DNA of 64,000 bases from Mizuhopecten yessoensis. Lineage: Eukaryota. Shown here piece after piece: positions 63,662 to 64,000 of the stretch. Each line of letters opens with the position of its first letter. Positions within the stretch are counted from its first letter, which is position 1. Made by a program: the position numbers and the translations under genes. The notes beneath the pieces are model-generated. The model was given only the letters and a program-made list of their open reading frames with translations, was not told the DNA's origin and ran no database searches. The stretch lies in NCBI RefSeq assembly GCF_002113885.1, contig NW_018408493.1:1027249-1091248 (forward strand), in the 5' to 3' direction.

Positions 63662-64000
63662 ACCAAACGGTTAAGCAGTAACTCGAAGATGGTGACTAGA
63701 CACTAGAAAAAAAATATAAGAACCTTAATTGAAAAGAAAGGTCTCGAAACTCGACTAAGAGTGACTTTCCTTCCTTATACTCATATTTTTGACATCAGCT
63801 AAAAACATCAAAATTTTGGTAAACCTGAAACTTGGCCTTTTTCATTTTTTTTATTTTTCTGGAAATAGATATAATAAATCTATTAGATATAATGCATTTT
63901 TATCATGAATAATGATATAGTTTAATTTTTTAACTTTATCCTGCCAGTCAAAGAACAAGAAAAACAATTGTTGCGAAAGATTTTCACATAACTGCATACG

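Overview
AT-rich, intron-rich animal genomic DNA, most likely from a mollusc (probably a bivalve, judged from the SINE/MITE types and gene families). It is not prokaryotic, so the short ORF track mostly shows exon fragments. I rebuilt four protein-coding genes by hand from splice sites and reading frame. (1) A 7-exon, three-Ig-domain lachesin/IgLON-like protein (+, 6730-15679, 359 aa) with a signal peptide and no visible anchor. (2) A single-coding-exon class A peptide-type GPCR (+, 17637-18758). (3) A 21-exon type I membrane protein with 15 SRCR domains (-, 49085-24659, 1810 aa); the domains form 5 triplets, the tail has NPxY and ITIM-like motifs, and one intron is GC-AG. (4) The 3' seven exons of a GH30 glucosylceramidase (GBA; -, 63069-55434). 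Introns and spacers are full of mobile DNA: tRNA-derived SINEs, LINE and Tc1 remnants, and several MITEs with 9-bp or 3-bp TSDs. There is also a tiny LTR element whose LTRs contain a tRNA-like gene (7939-8299), and a 53-bp tandem array built from a MITE terminal inverted repeat and capped by an inverted copy (63105-63661). Single-N joins with duplicated flanks look like assembly artefacts. No CRISPR array, rRNA or bona fide tRNA gene was found.
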